DNA from: Pseudomonadota bacterium
GTDB lineage: Bacteria > Myxococcota > JACRCW01 > JAFGSX01
Assembly (NCBI GenBank): GCA_043821645.1
Contig: JBDRCO010000089.1
Location: forward strand, 1-64,000
Direction of reading: 5' to 3'
Length of the DNA stretch: 64,000 nucleotides
Every line of letters starts with the position of its first letter. Positions within the stretch are counted from its first letter, which is position 1. The translations under genes and the position numbers were made by a program. Positions 52,692-63,700 of this stretch are shown here, piece by piece. Below the pieces are notes generated by a model. That model searched no databases. It was not told the DNA's origin and saw nothing but the letters and a program-made list of their open reading frames with translations.

Positions 52692-53467
52692 ACCCGCTGT
52701 GCCTGTTCGAGCGCGTTGGTCACGTTGCGATCCTGACCCTGAATCGCCCCGAGGCGGCCAATGCCCTGTCGCGGGCCCTGGTGGCGGAGCTGGCGACGCG
52801 CCTGGCCGAGGCAGCCGCGGACAAGGAGCTGCGTGCGCTCGTCGTCACCGGCGCGGGCGACCGTGTGTTCTGTGCCGGCGCTGACCTCAAGGAAAGGCGT
52901 GAGATGGCACCCGAGGAGGTGCCACTGTTCCTGCAAAAGGGCAGGGAGCTCATGGATGGCCTGGCGGCTCTTCGATGTCCCACCATCGCCGCCTTCAACG
53001 GCGCGGCCATGGGCGGTGGCCTGGAGCTGGCCCTGTGCTGCGACCTGCGCCTGGCCGCTCGTGGCGTCAAGCTGGGCCTTACCGAGACCTCGCTGGCTAT
53101 CCTCCCCGGGGCCGGTGGCACCCAGCGCCTGCCGCGTCTGGTGGGTGTAGCCAGGGCCAAGGAGCTCATCCTCACCGCGCGCCGCGTCGACGCCGACGAG
53201 GCCTGGCGCATCGGTCTGGTCAACGAGGTGGTCGAGCCCGGGACGCTGCGCGCGCGCGCCCTGGCCGTGGCGCAGGAGATCGCGTCGAACGGTCCGGTGG
53301 CCGTGGCCCAGGCCAAGAAGGCCATAGATGGTGGCATCGAGCTTTCGCTCAGCGAGGCGCTGGCCTTCGAGCAGGAGTGCTACGCGCCCACCCTGGAGAC
53401 CGAGGACCGCTGGGAGGCGCTGAACGCGTTTGTCGAGAAGCGAAAGCCGGTGTTCAAGGGCTGCTGA
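52688..53467 (+). CDS. Enoyl-CoA hydratase/isomerase (methylglutaconyl-CoA hydratase-like)
   Basis: LNRPEAANAL, FCAGADLKER, GGGLELAL, PGAGGTQRLPR. Confidence 0.92.
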   Translation: MNPLCLFERVGHVAILTLNRPEAANALSRALVAELATRLAEAAADKELRALVVTGAGDRVFCAGADLKERREMAPEEVPLFLQKGRELMDGLAALRCPTIAAFNGAAMGGGLELALCCDLRLAARGVKLGLTETSLAILPGAGGTQRLPRLVGVARAKELILTARRVDADEAWRIGLVNEVVEPGTLRARALAVAQEIASNGPVAVAQAKKAIDGGIELSLSEALAFEQECYAPTLETEDRWEALNAFVEKRKPVFKGC

Positions 53468-56400
53468 TCAGATTTCGTCGCACCCGATATCCATCACCGC
53501 CTGTCGCGCTACTCCGTCCACGTCGAGCAAGGTCATACCCAGGGGTACCCAGACCGGCGTGCGGTACGCCCTGTCCTTGAGCGGTGAGATCGACTGCAGG
53601 TGGGGGAGGCGAGTGGCGTCGAACAGCGGGTCTACGCTCCAGCATCGGTCATTCGAATTGATGAGGTCGGCCTGATAGGGCACGGTCTGGTTGACCACGT
53701 CTATGCTCGTCACCGTGACGCCGCGGCAGGGCGAGTTCTCACCGTTGTTCAGAAGCCCACTGCCACCAGCTGGCCACAGGTCGTTGTTGCGGCCGCCCTG
53801 GGCGATGATCCCGGACAGCGAGCTGTAAGGCTCGGCCCTGACCTTGACGTTGCCGGAGCAGCTGATGTTCTCGAAGATGTTGAAGCCTTGACTACCCAGA
53901 CCCGCGCCGATGATGTTGCCGACCACGATGCCCACCATGTTGAGCTCGACCGTCTCGTCGAGCACCCAGCCCAGCACCAGGCCATGGCTGGTGCCCGTGC
54001 CCACGCCACCGCCGTACACGTTGTTGTTCAGGAAGCGCAGGCTGTCGCCCGCCAGTCCGTCGATCTCGACGCCGTGAGCGCGGGCCGCGGCACCACCGGT
54101 CAAGACATTGGCGGTGATGAAGGTCATCGGATCCAGTGTTGCACTGGCCACGAAGCGCGCGCCTACACTGCGCCCGGGCGTGGTCTGGGCGATGGGACCG
54201 CCCGTGGCCTGACTGCGCGCGATGGTGCATCCATGACAGTCCTTGCTGAACCACAGACCCGCGCTCAGGGCGGGAGTGGCTGAAACTCCATTCACGCGAC
54301 CGGTGCCAGCCTGTGCCGAGTTGCTCGTCCACACCAGGCCGGTGTGCGACTGGTTGCCACTGCCAGCGATGGTGGCACCTGTGCTCTCGGCGGCTGCACC
54401 ACCCCGCAGGGTGCTGTTCAGCACCTGCGTGCCGTCGCTGCCATTGCCCAGAAACAGACCGTGGCTCTGCGCGGCAGCGTCGTCAGCTTGGATGTCCATG
54501 CCGTCGACCACCAGTCCAGTAAGCACGCCGCCAAAAGCGGTGATGCGCACGCCATTGCTGCGGCTCTGAGGATTGCTCGCCAGCCCCGGACCGGCCAGGG
54601 CCTGACCGTCGACGAGCTGCGAGCCCGAGCCGTTGTAGAGCCAGGCGCCATGGCTGTTGACCGCAGCGCCGCAGGACAGGGCGCTGCCCTGCAGGTCCAG
54701 GGGCGCGTCGTCGACGCGGATCGCGGCACAGTGGCCGGGGGTTCCGCCGGCCCCGGCCGCGGCGATCATGTCCCAGCGTGAGGTGACCGGCGTGGCCTCG
54801 CTGCGCACACCGTAGGACACGCCGTTCTGGGCCGCGCCGACGTCCAGGGTGCAGTCTGAAAGGGTGAGCCCGGCACAGGCGTTGATGTAGATGCCGCTGG
54901 CCGCGCGCGTGCTCGCCGAGCCCGAGCCAACCACATTGCCGGTGTACAGCTCGGCACCGTCGACCTGGGCAGTCGTGGCTGTGCCTCCCGAGCAGTCCAG
55001 GGACAGGGCTGTCGAGATGTCGTCGGCGGCCCCGGAGTGGAGGAGGGCAAAGGTTCCCAGAGTGCTGTTTTCGACGACCAGGGTGGTGCTGATGGCCGTG
55101 ATACCGTGGGAAGTCCCGCCGGCCGCGCTGGTGTCCGCGGCGTCGACCTCGCTGCCACGGACGCGCAGGGTGCCGCCAAGAGACTGGATACCTGCGGCAA
55201 GCAGAAGGCCTGGCCCGCTCGACACCCGGCCCTCCTCGGTGACCAGGGTGGTCGCGGCTTGTTGCAGCACGCCCGTTGCCACCGTGGTGTCTGTACTGCC
55301 CGCCCGCGCGCCCCACACCGTGCTGTCGACCAGGCGTGCGGTCCCTGCGACGAGTTCGAGGCCGGTGGCGCGGGTCGCATTTCCACCTGTGGCCTGGCTG
55401 GTCTCGACCACGACCTCGGTGGAGCTGGTGGTGTCGATGCGCAGACCGAGACCATGGCCGGCAGTCGCCGCGTCGTCGCTGCCTTCAAACAGGCAGCCTC
55501 GCAGCAAGACGCCACCGCTGTGCACGATGCCCGCCAGGCGCTCGGTATAGGTGGTACCTCCCGTCGAGCTCGCGCTGAAGGCGCAGTTCTCGACGGTGAG
55601 GTCCGGGTAGGCGACGCTGAGTCCGGTGCTCCCGGCGAAGGCAAAGGGGGTGCGGGAGAGGGGTAGGGGTCTGTCCCAGGTCCCGGCACGGTAGGCGCAG
55701 CGCAGGGACAGGCCATTGTTCAGCAGCACTGGCTGGGTCCGGGCGTACGGGGTGGCGGTCGTGGCCACCTTGACCACCGGCTCCTCACTGCTGCCGTCGT
55801 CGATGAGGTCGCGCAGGTTGATCAGGGCATCGTCCACGCCGCGACAGGGGTGCAGGGCGTGACCGCAGTAGCCGTGGCGCGCGCCGCCACCAGCGTAGCC
55901 TGTTCCCTCGAAGCTCGAGGTGTTGGCGACGTAGGGACCGCGCTCGTCAAGGATGGTGACGACGAGCAGGTCGCTGTCCTGCAGGCTGCCTGGATCCGTG
56001 ACCGTCACCACCAGGGTGATGGCCAGGGGCGCAGGGCCGCTCGCGTACAGAGCGCGGTTCACCACCACGCTGGTGTTGAGCCCGGTGGGGTTGGCGATGC
56101 TGACGCCGCTGGGCAGGAACCCGGCCTGGGCCGTCCACAGCACGGCCAGGGCCTGGTTGTCGGGATCGCTGGCGGTCGCCGTGATGGTCACGCTCTCGCC
56201 GGGCAGCACGCTGCGATCTCCGCCGGCGGCGACGCTCGGCGCGTGGTTGCTGAACAGATCGTATCCACCCAGGTCGGGAGGCGAGGTATCCGGCGTCGCC
56301 GTGTCCGGGGCACCGGCGTCAGGGGTGGTCGCGGCATCGCTCCCGGCGCTGACGTCCATTCCCGTCGTGGTGTCCGATCCCGCCGTACTGTCGCGGACGC

Positions 56401-56773
56401 TGGCCAGATCTGTCGTCGCCCTGTCCGGGGCCGAGCTGTCCTGCAGCCCCAGATCCGCTGAACCCTGGTCCTGCGTGGCCACGTCGAAGGCCACCGCATC
56501 CACAGTGCTGGCGTCGTGGCTGCTCGCCAGGTCGGTGCCCGTGACATCGTGGCCGCCAAGGTCCGGCAAGGCGCTGTCCCGGGCCGTGATATCGCCGCTC
56601 GCGGCATCGCGGTGAACCACGTCCAGGGCGCCGGCGTCTCCCGTCCCGGAGTCCACCTGCCCAGCGTCGTAGTACAGGAAGCCCTGGTCCAGACCGGCCG
56701 GCACAGCCGGACCGCACTGGCACGAGGCCATCGTCGACACGAGCAGCACCAGAGCAACGCGCAGGCGTCTCAT
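53468..56773 (-). CDS. Large lipoprotein: Asp-rich linker, PKD/Ig-like domain, right-handed beta-helix region
   Basis: Lipobox MASCQC; NHAPSVAAGGDRSV...ASDPD; repeated GG-x-A-x-S-x-G strands. Confidence 0.8.
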   Translation of the reverse strand: MRRLRVALVLLVSTMASCQCGPAVPAGLDQGFLYYDAGQVDSGTGDAGALDVVHRDAASGDITARDSALPDLGGHDVTGTDLASSHDASTVDAVAFDVATQDQGSADLGLQDSSAPDRATTDLASVRDSTAGSDTTTGMDVSAGSDAATTPDAGAPDTATPDTSPPDLGGYDLFSNHAPSVAAGGDRSVLPGESVTITATASDPDNQALAVLWTAQAGFLPSGVSIANPTGLNTSVVVNRALYASGPAPLAITLVVTVTDPGSLQDSDLLVVTILDERGPYVANTSSFEGTGYAGGGARHGYCGHALHPCRGVDDALINLRDLIDDGSSEEPVVKVATTATPYARTQPVLLNNGLSLRCAYRAGTWDRPLPLSRTPFAFAGSTGLSVAYPDLTVENCAFSASSTGGTTYTERLAGIVHSGGVLLRGCLFEGSDDAATAGHGLGLRIDTTSSTEVVVETSQATGGNATRATGLELVAGTARLVDSTVWGARAGSTDTTVATGVLQQAATTLVTEEGRVSSGPGLLLAAGIQSLGGTLRVRGSEVDAADTSAAGGTSHGITAISTTLVVENSTLGTFALLHSGAADDISTALSLDCSGGTATTAQVDGAELYTGNVVGSGSASTRAASGIYINACAGLTLSDCTLDVGAAQNGVSYGVRSEATPVTSRWDMIAAAGAGGTPGHCAAIRVDDAPLDLQGSALSCGAAVNSHGAWLYNGSGSQLVDGQALAGPGLASNPQSRSNGVRITAFGGVLTGLVVDGMDIQADDAAAQSHGLFLGNGSDGTQVLNSTLRGGAAAESTGATIAGSGNQSHTGLVWTSNSAQAGTGRVNGVSATPALSAGLWFSKDCHGCTIARSQATGGPIAQTTPGRSVGARFVASATLDPMTFITANVLTGGAAARAHGVEIDGLAGDSLRFLNNNVYGGGVGTGTSHGLVLGWVLDETVELNMVGIVVGNIIGAGLGSQGFNIFENISCSGNVKVRAEPYSSLSGIIAQGGRNNDLWPAGGSGLLNNGENSPCRGVTVTSIDVVNQTVPYQADLINSNDRCWSVDPLFDATRLPHLQSISPLKDRAYRTPVWVPLGMTLLDVDGVARQAVMDIGCDEI

Positions 56774-56825
56774 GTTCACGCTCCAGCCAAAGATGTGCAG
56801 AGTCTAGCCGGTCTGCAGCCGCGAT

Positions 56826-57944
56826 TCACGCCTCGCCGCGCGCCAGGTCCTCGACCTTGATCCCGTCGATGCGCTCGACCCAACCAAAGGGGTCGTCCTC
56901 GTAGCCACGCTGCAGGCGGTTGAGGTAGGTGAACAGCTTCTGGCTCAGCTCGCCGGTCTTGTGGTTGTTGATCTGCACTTCCTGACCCTTGTAGGCCAGG
57001 GTGCCGACGGGCGAGATGACCGCAGCCGTGCCCGTGCCAAAGCACTCCTTGAGTTCACCTGAGCGCGCAGTCTCGATGACCTCGTCGATGGAGATGGTGC
57101 GCTCGACCACCTTCAGGCCCCAGTGCTTGCAGATCTGGATCACGCTGTCCCGGGTCACCCCGGCCAGGATGGTGCCGCCGAGAGGAGGCGTGACGACCTC
57201 GTCCTGGAAGCGGAAGAAGATGTTCATGGTGCCGACTTCCTCGACCCAGCGGTGCTCGATGGCATCGAGCCACAGCACCTGGGTGTAGCCGGCCTTGGCT
57301 GCCTTTTGCTGCGCGCACAGCGAATGGGCGTAGTTGGCTGCGGTCTTGGCCTCGCCCAGGCCTCCCTTGACCGCGCGCACATCCTCGTCGCTGACCCAGA
57401 TGGCCACGGGGTTGAAGCCCTCGGGGTAGTAGGCACCCACCGGGCCGACGATGACGTAGAAGGCATACTCGTCTCCGGGGCGCACGCCCAGAAAGGGGTC
57501 GGTGGCGATGGCCGTGGGCCGGATGTATAGCGAGCTGGCCTCGTCCGCGGGGATCCAGGACTGCTCGAGCAGCACCAGCGACTTGACCGCGCGACCGAAG
57601 AAGGCCTCGTCGATCATCTCCATCATCAGGCGGTTGGCGGACCTGCACATGCGCTCGGCATTCTTCTGCCAGCGGAACAGGTAGATGCCCCCGTCCTTAC
57701 CTCGGTAGGCCTTGAGCCCCTCGAAGATCTCCTGGCCGTAGTGCAAGCAGATGGCGGCCGCGTCGATCTGCAGCAGGCGCATGGGCTCGATGCGCGTCAT
57801 GTGCCAGCCGTTCTGGCGGTCGAACTCGGTGGCGAAGAAGTGGTCGCTGAAATAGCGACCGAAGCCCAACTTGGCATCGGCAGCTGGTCTGGCGCGCATC
57901 TGGTCTGGACGAGCCCGGTGGATCACGATGCGTTGACGCGACAT
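56826..57944 (-). CDS. ilvE: Branched-chain amino acid aminotransferase
   Basis: LHYGQEIFEGLKAY, LYIRP, AKTAANYA, EEVGTMN, ILAGVTR, GTAAVISP. Confidence 0.96.
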   Translation of the reverse strand: MSRQRIVIHRARPDQMRARPAADAKLGFGRYFSDHFFATEFDRQNGWHMTRIEPMRLLQIDAAAICLHYGQEIFEGLKAYRGKDGGIYLFRWQKNAERMCRSANRLMMEMIDEAFFGRAVKSLVLLEQSWIPADEASSLYIRPTAIATDPFLGVRPGDEYAFYVIVGPVGAYYPEGFNPVAIWVSDEDVRAVKGGLGEAKTAANYAHSLCAQQKAAKAGYTQVLWLDAIEHRWVEEVGTMNIFFRFQDEVVTPPLGGTILAGVTRDSVIQICKHWGLKVVERTISIDEVIETARSGELKECFGTGTAAVISPVGTLAYKGQEVQINNHKTGELSQKLFTYLNRLQRGYEDDPFGWVERIDGIKVEDLARGEA

Positions 57945-58126
57945 GCGGCCTCCGTCCCCCGGTTGTCAGCGGGGTGGCCAGCCACCGCGCTGGCCGCGAG
58001 GATACAACGCGCCACCGCAGGAGTGAACCCATGCCAATCCGCCGGGTCCGCGCGCCCGAAGTCGGCGCTTTTTTCCGCGCCCTGGCATGATCACCTGGTG
58101 CAACGGGTCGGGCTGCCGGAGGGATC

Positions 58127-58543
58127 ATGATGCGGGTCGTGCGCATACTGCTGCCATTGATTGCCCTGACCTGCGCCTGTCCGGCCAAGGTCGAGCCCGC
58201 CGGAAGGCGTCTGGAGAGGTTCTCCGAGCTTCAGATCGATGGAAAGGCGCTGGCGAGCCGCTACCAGGCTGATCTGCGAAAGGCCTACGATGCAGCGCCG
58301 GAGATCGGCTGCGAGGTCTACGACAAGCCAGACCTGGAGATCCACGAACTGTCCGGCAATACCCAGGAAACGCGGATCTCCTCCGTGTTCCTGACTGCGC
58401 GCTACATCTATCCCGGGCTGTACCTGGATGCCTGGACAGAGCGCATGAAGGGGACGACGGCGCGTTGCTTCGCCATCGATGACGCGTTTCGGCAACTGCT
58501 TGTCGCCTACCCTGCGCATACCCGACCCGACGATCCTCTGTAG
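58127..58543 (+). CDS. Hypothetical lipoprotein
   Basis: Signal with LTCAC lipobox; GGAGGG RBS. Confidence 0.6.
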   Translation: MMRVVRILLPLIALTCACPAKVEPAGRRLERFSELQIDGKALASRYQADLRKAYDAAPEIGCEVYDKPDLEIHELSGNTQETRISSVFLTARYIYPGLYLDAWTERMKGTTARCFAIDDAFRQLLVAYPAHTRPDDPL

Positions 58544-58588
58544 GGCAGCCATGGCTCACGACCGCTCGCGGGCGCGCAGGAGTCTCCC

Positions 58589-58948
58589 ATGGATCTCGCA
58601 GTGCTGTGGATGACGGGCCTGGTGGCCGTGCTGCACGTCGGCTTCCTGATCCTCGAGATGTTCCTGTGGGCGCGGCCGCTAGGTCGTCGTGTCTTCGGGC
58701 ACTCCCGAGAGGTGGCCACCACGACCCGCGTGCTGGCTGCCAACCAGGGCCTGTACAACGGCTTCCTCGCTGCGGGACTGGTCTGGGGGCTGTGGCTGGG
58801 ACCCGCGGGGGCGGACCTGAGAGTGTTCTTTCTCGGCTGTGTGCTGGTGGCTGGCCTGTTCGGTGCACTCACGGCGAGTCGGCTGATCCTGTTCGTGCAA
58901 GCTTTGCCCGCGGCCCTGGCGTTGCTGCTGAACCTGCTCGCCCGCTAG
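58589..58948 (+). CDS. DUF1304 family membrane protein
   Basis: VAVLHVGFLILEMFLW, LAANQGLYNGFLA, ILFVQALPA. Confidence 0.9.
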   Translation: MDLAVLWMTGLVAVLHVGFLILEMFLWARPLGRRVFGHSREVATTTRVLAANQGLYNGFLAAGLVWGLWLGPAGADLRVFFLGCVLVAGLFGALTASRLILFVQALPAALALLLNLLAR

Positions 58949-60546
58949 CGTTCGGGAGTGGGAGGCACTGCAGGCGCCGGTATGTCCAGGCTCTGGTCCC
59001 GGGCCTGGAGCAGCTCGGATCCGAGCTGTGCTGCCATGTGCTCGTCCAGGAGACCGTCGGCGGTGAGTTCGCGCAGGGCGTCGCGGGCCACCTCGAGCAG
59101 GTGTGCGTCGATCTCCTCGCGGCGTGTGGCCACCGCACCTGCCATCTCGGTCTGCGTCACGTCGGCCAGGCGTGTCTCCATTTCCTGCACCAGGGCCGCG
59201 CGCTCGTTCTCCAGCCTGGCGTGCACAGGCTGCAGGATCATATCGGGCTCACCGTGATCGTCGTCGATGATCTGCACTGCCTGCAGCTGGGCGCGCAGCA
59301 CGCGCAGCCGCGCCAGCCTCAGGTCCAGCCATCGCACAGCCTCGCTGCGCGATCGCACCAGGCCCAGACGGCGGAGCACCAGACCCATGGTAGAGCCCTG
59401 CACCAGGATGGACAGCACCACCACGCCAAAGGTCATGGTGACGATGAGCTCGCGCCCAGGCAGGTCGCGCGGCAGGCTCATGGCCAGCACCATGGACAGA
59501 GACCCGCGCAGCCCACCCCAGAACAGCACGGTGGCGCTCCGGCCGTCGAGGGACTGGCCCAGCCTGCGCAGCAGGGGGAGTGGCGCGTAGACGGCCACCG
59601 CGCGGCCAACCAGCACGGCGACGAAGGCGAGCCCGATGGCGGCCTTGTGCTCCCACATCGCACCCAGAGAGACCTCGAGCCCAAGCAGCAAGAAGACGAT
59701 GCTGTTGATGAAGAAGGCAGCGTATTCCCAGAAGGACAACACGGCCTCGCGCGAGGTCGGACTCATGCCGCGCGTCTTTCCAATGTTGCCAACCATCAGG
59801 CCCGCAACCACGGTGGCGATGACGCCTGAGACGTGGATGCGCTCGGCGATCAGGAAGGCGCCCCAGGCCGTGACCGTGGTCAGGGCGATCTCGATCAGGT
59901 GGTCGTCGACCTGGGCCGTCGCCCAGGAGGCCAGGAGCCCGATCGCCGCGCCGATGATCGCGCCGCCGGCGAATACCAGCACGAACTGCCAGATGGCGCC
60001 GCCCGCGCTCGTCGGCTGCCCCAGGGCCATGGCCAGCACGATGCCGAACACCACCACGCCGGTACCGTCATTGAGCAGACTCTCACCCTCGACCAGCACG
60101 CCCAGCCGCCGGCTCACGCCCAGTTGCTTGAACAGGGACACCACACTGATGGGGTCCGTGGCGGCGATGAGTGCGCCGAACAGCAGGGCCAGTTGCCAGG
60201 GCAGGGCCTCGCCCTCACCGATGGCGCGCACCTCCGTGAACAGCACCAGTCCGGTGGCACTCATGGCCAGCAGCACACCCGGGATGGCCAGGGTGACCAC
60301 AGCGGTCGAGACTTGCCTCAATTCGCGCGCCTGCACGTGGATGGCCGCCTCGAACAGCAGGGCCGGCAGCAGCACCGTCATCAGCAGTTCCTGGGTCAGG
60401 TGCAGCGGAGGCACCGCGCCGACCTCGTGCATGCCAATGCCGACGACCACCAGGGCGATGGTATAGGGTAGGCGCAGACGGCGGGTGGCCATGGCGACCA
60501 CGGTGGCGACCAGGATCAGGGCGACCACGGCGTCGATGGTGTGCAC
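58945..60546 (-). CDS. Na+/H+ antiporter, CPA1 family
   Basis: LPALLFEA, ATDPISV, EGESLLNDG, SGVIA, WGGLRGS. Confidence 0.93.
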   Translation of the reverse strand: MHTIDAVVALILVATVVAMATRRLRLPYTIALVVVGIGMHEVGAVPPLHLTQELLMTVLLPALLFEAAIHVQARELRQVSTAVVTLAIPGVLLAMSATGLVLFTEVRAIGEGEALPWQLALLFGALIAATDPISVVSLFKQLGVSRRLGVLVEGESLLNDGTGVVVFGIVLAMALGQPTSAGGAIWQFVLVFAGGAIIGAAIGLLASWATAQVDDHLIEIALTTVTAWGAFLIAERIHVSGVIATVVAGLMVGNIGKTRGMSPTSREAVLSFWEYAAFFINSIVFLLLGLEVSLGAMWEHKAAIGLAFVAVLVGRAVAVYAPLPLLRRLGQSLDGRSATVLFWGGLRGSLSMVLAMSLPRDLPGRELIVTMTFGVVVLSILVQGSTMGLVLRRLGLVRSRSEAVRWLDLRLARLRVLRAQLQAVQIIDDDHGEPDMILQPVHARLENERAALVQEMETRLADVTQTEMAGAVATRREEIDAHLLEVARDALRELTADGLLDEHMAAQLGSELLQARDQSLDIPAPAVPPTPER

Positions 60547-60620
60547 GACTCAGACCTCCAGTGCATTCTAAGTAACCCACGCAGCTGCTGCTGGCCAGGC
60601 TGCGCACGCGCCTTGCCGGA

Positions 60621-60640
60621 TGCCATCCCATGGGATAGCA
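60621..60640. promoter_or_regulatory. 20-bp near-perfect palindrome between divergent genes (candidate operator)
   Basis: TGCCATCCCA|TGGGATAGCA, one mismatched pair. Confidence 0.45.
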
Positions 60641-60702
60641 CACGGCCTTTGAACCGCATGGTGATGGGCTCCCGGCGATGCCGGCAGGCCGCGGGATGTG
60701 AC

Positions 60703-63700
60703 ATGCACGCCACACTCGGAATAGATCTGGGTTCGGTCAACATCAAGCTCTGCCTGCTGCAGCCCGATAGCGTACCGCGTGTGGTGGTCCTGCCCCACGA
60801 GGGAGACATCGGCCGCACCGTGCGCCGTCTTTTCGACGAGCTCGGTGTGGATCCGGAAAGAACAGACCTGCGCGGTCTGGTCACCGGCACCGAGGGCCGG
60901 CACCGTGTGAACCTGCCACAGGAGATCGCGCCCGTGTGCGTCGAGGCCGGTCTGCGGGCCCTGGATCTGCGACCGCGCGCCGTGGTGTCGCTGGGCGGCG
61001 AAGACCTCGCCGTTTACGGCCTCGACGCGCAGGGCAGGGTGATCAGCACCACCGCGGGCAACAAGTGTGCCTCGGGCACCGGCGAGTTTCTGGCCCAGCA
61101 GCTTGGCCGCATGGACCTGCGCATCGCGGACCTGGACCGCGTGGCCGAGGGCGCCTGCGTGCACAAGCTCAGTGCGCGCTGCTCGGTGTTCATGAAGTCA
61201 GATTGCACGCATCGCCTGAACAAGGGCGAGGCCAGCAAGGGCGACATCGCGCTGTCCTTGAGCAAGGTCATGGCCGACAAGGTCGGCGAGTTCCTGCTGC
61301 GCGCCCACATCCTCGACGGACAGGTCGTGCTCGTCGGCGGCGTGACGCGCAACCGCCACCTGCTGCGCTTCCTGCAAGAGGGATGTCCACAGGTCGAGTT
61401 CGTGGTGCCCGAGCTGGCGCCCACCTTCGAGGCCTTCGGCGCGGCTCTGCTGGCGCGCGATCAGGGAGCCGCGCTGCCTGCCCTGGATCGCCTGGTGGGC
61501 CCGGCGCGTGGCCTCGAACTTCCGGTGTTCCAGCCCTTGGACAGCGTTGGCGAGCGCGTTCGCTATGCCAGCAGCATGCGCGGGACCTTCGACCCCGAAG
61601 CCGAGTACATCCTGGGCATCGACGGCGGTTCCACCACCACCAAGGTGGCCCTGATCCATGCCACGACCCTGCAGATCGTGGCTGCGCACTACGGCCGCAC
61701 CCACGGCGACCCGGTGGCCGCACTCAAGAGCTGCCTGCGCGAGGTGCAGATCCAGCTCGGTGGGGCCCGGCCGCGCATCGTGCTCGCCGCCACCACCGGC
61801 TCCTCGCGCGAATTACTGGGTGTGTTTGCCCAGACCCCGGGCGTGTACAACGAGATCATCGCCCACGCCGTGGGCACCACCTACTTCGAGCCCGAGGTCG
61901 ACACCCTGTTCGAGATCGGTGGCCAGGACGCCAAGTACGTGCTGCTGCACAACGGTGTGCCCATCGACTACGCCATGAACGAGGCCTGCAGCGCGGGCAC
62001 CGGCTCTTTTCTCGAGGAGAGCGCGGCGGGCGATCTGGACATTCATCGCGCCGAGGACATCGCACCCCTGGCCCTGCGCTCGAAGGCGCCCCTCAAGTTC
62101 GGAGAGCATTGTTCGGCCTTCATCAACAGCGACATCCGCAAGGCCATACAGCACGGCGCTGGCGTCGAGGACGTGGTGGCGGGGCTGGTCTTCTCCATCG
62201 TCGCCAACTACCTCAACCGCGTCGTGGGCAACCGCAGCGTCGGCGAGCGCATCGTGCTGCAGGGCGGCGTGGCCAAGAACCCGGCCGTGCCCCTGGCCTT
62301 TGCACAGATGACGGGCAAGGCCATCACCGTGCCGCCGGATCCCGAGCTCATGGGCTGTTTCGGTGTGGCGCGCCTGGCGGCGCAAAAGGCTGCCGATGGC
62401 CTGCTGGAGCGTGGTGAATTCGACCTCGAGGCACTGGTCAGCAAGGAGATCGTGACACGCGGCGTCACCACCTGCCGGGCCTGCGACAACCTGTGTTCCA
62501 TCCGTAAGCTCGAGGTGGGCGGCAAGCGCTACCCCTTTGGCGGACGCTGCTCGCGCTTCACCAACGCGCGCAAGAAGCGCCACGTCGACGAGAAACATGT
62601 CGCGGACTGGATAACACGCCGTAGCGAGATGCTGTTTCACGACTTCGCGCCCGACCCCGGGACGCTCCAGGCGCGCTCTGACAAGGTGGTGGGCGTGCCC
62701 ATGGCTTTCTCGGTGCACAGCTTGTGGCCATTCTACGCCTGGTACTTTCATACCCTGGGCGTGCGCGTGGTGAGGTCACAGCAGGTATCGCCCCTGGGCA
62801 TCGCCAAGCAGCAGAGCAACTACTGCTTCCCGGCGGAGATCGCCCATGGCGTGCTGCAGGACGTGCTCGATCAGAACGTGGACTATGTGTTCTTGCCCCA
62901 GTTCCGCGACATGCCGTCGATGGAGCCTGGCGAGGTGCACGCCTGCCTGTGTCCGCTGACCCAGGGCTATCCCTTCTTCGCGCGGCACGCCTTCGACCTC
63001 GACGACAGCCAGATGCTGCGTCCCCTGGTCAGCTTCAAGCACGGCTGGGGCGCCAGCCAGCACGCCTTCGAGGACCTGGCCGAGCAGCTGGGCTTCACCC
63101 GGGCGCAGGGTGGTGCTGCTTATCTGCGCGCGATCACGGAGCAGCAGCGCTACGAGGCTGCGTACCGGCGCTTGGGTGATGAGGTGCTGGCCGAGATCCA
63201 GGCGCACCCAGAACGCTCCTACGTCGCGCTCATGGGCCGGCCCTACAACGCCTTTACCCGCGACGCCAACATGGGTATTCCGCGCAAGTTCACGTCGCTG
63301 GGCATCCACGTGGTGCCCTACGATCTGCTGGTGCAGCCGGACGCCGCGATCCCGCCCAATAACTACTGGTATTTCGGTCAGCACAACATGAAGGCCGCGC
63401 GCTGCCTGCGCGACATCCCCAACCTTCACCTGTGCTGGGTCAGCAACTTCTCCTGCGCGCCGGATTCGTTCTTGCTGCACTACGTGCGCTGGATGATGGG
63501 CAAGAAACCCTACCTGGTGCTCGAGATGGACAGCCACACGGCGGACGCCGGACTGGACACGCGCATCGAGGCCTTCCTGGACATCGTCGAGAGCTACCGT
63601 CGCGCCGGCGGAGAGGTCGGGAAAGAGCGCGGACCGCGCCGCCTGACCATCGAAGCCAAGGCCGAGTTCTGCGACGTGGTCGACAGGGTGACCGGTGAAC

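Noticed and set aside
60547..60702. Fluoride or Na+/Li+ riboswitch near the antiporter
   Set aside because: GGTGATGG is present but the pairing partner and downstream consensus are not; a covariance search would be needed.
60936..62417. 493-aa plus-strand ORF from the track
   Set aside because: Alternative frame overlapping the real activator gene, which starts at 60703 and runs off the window.
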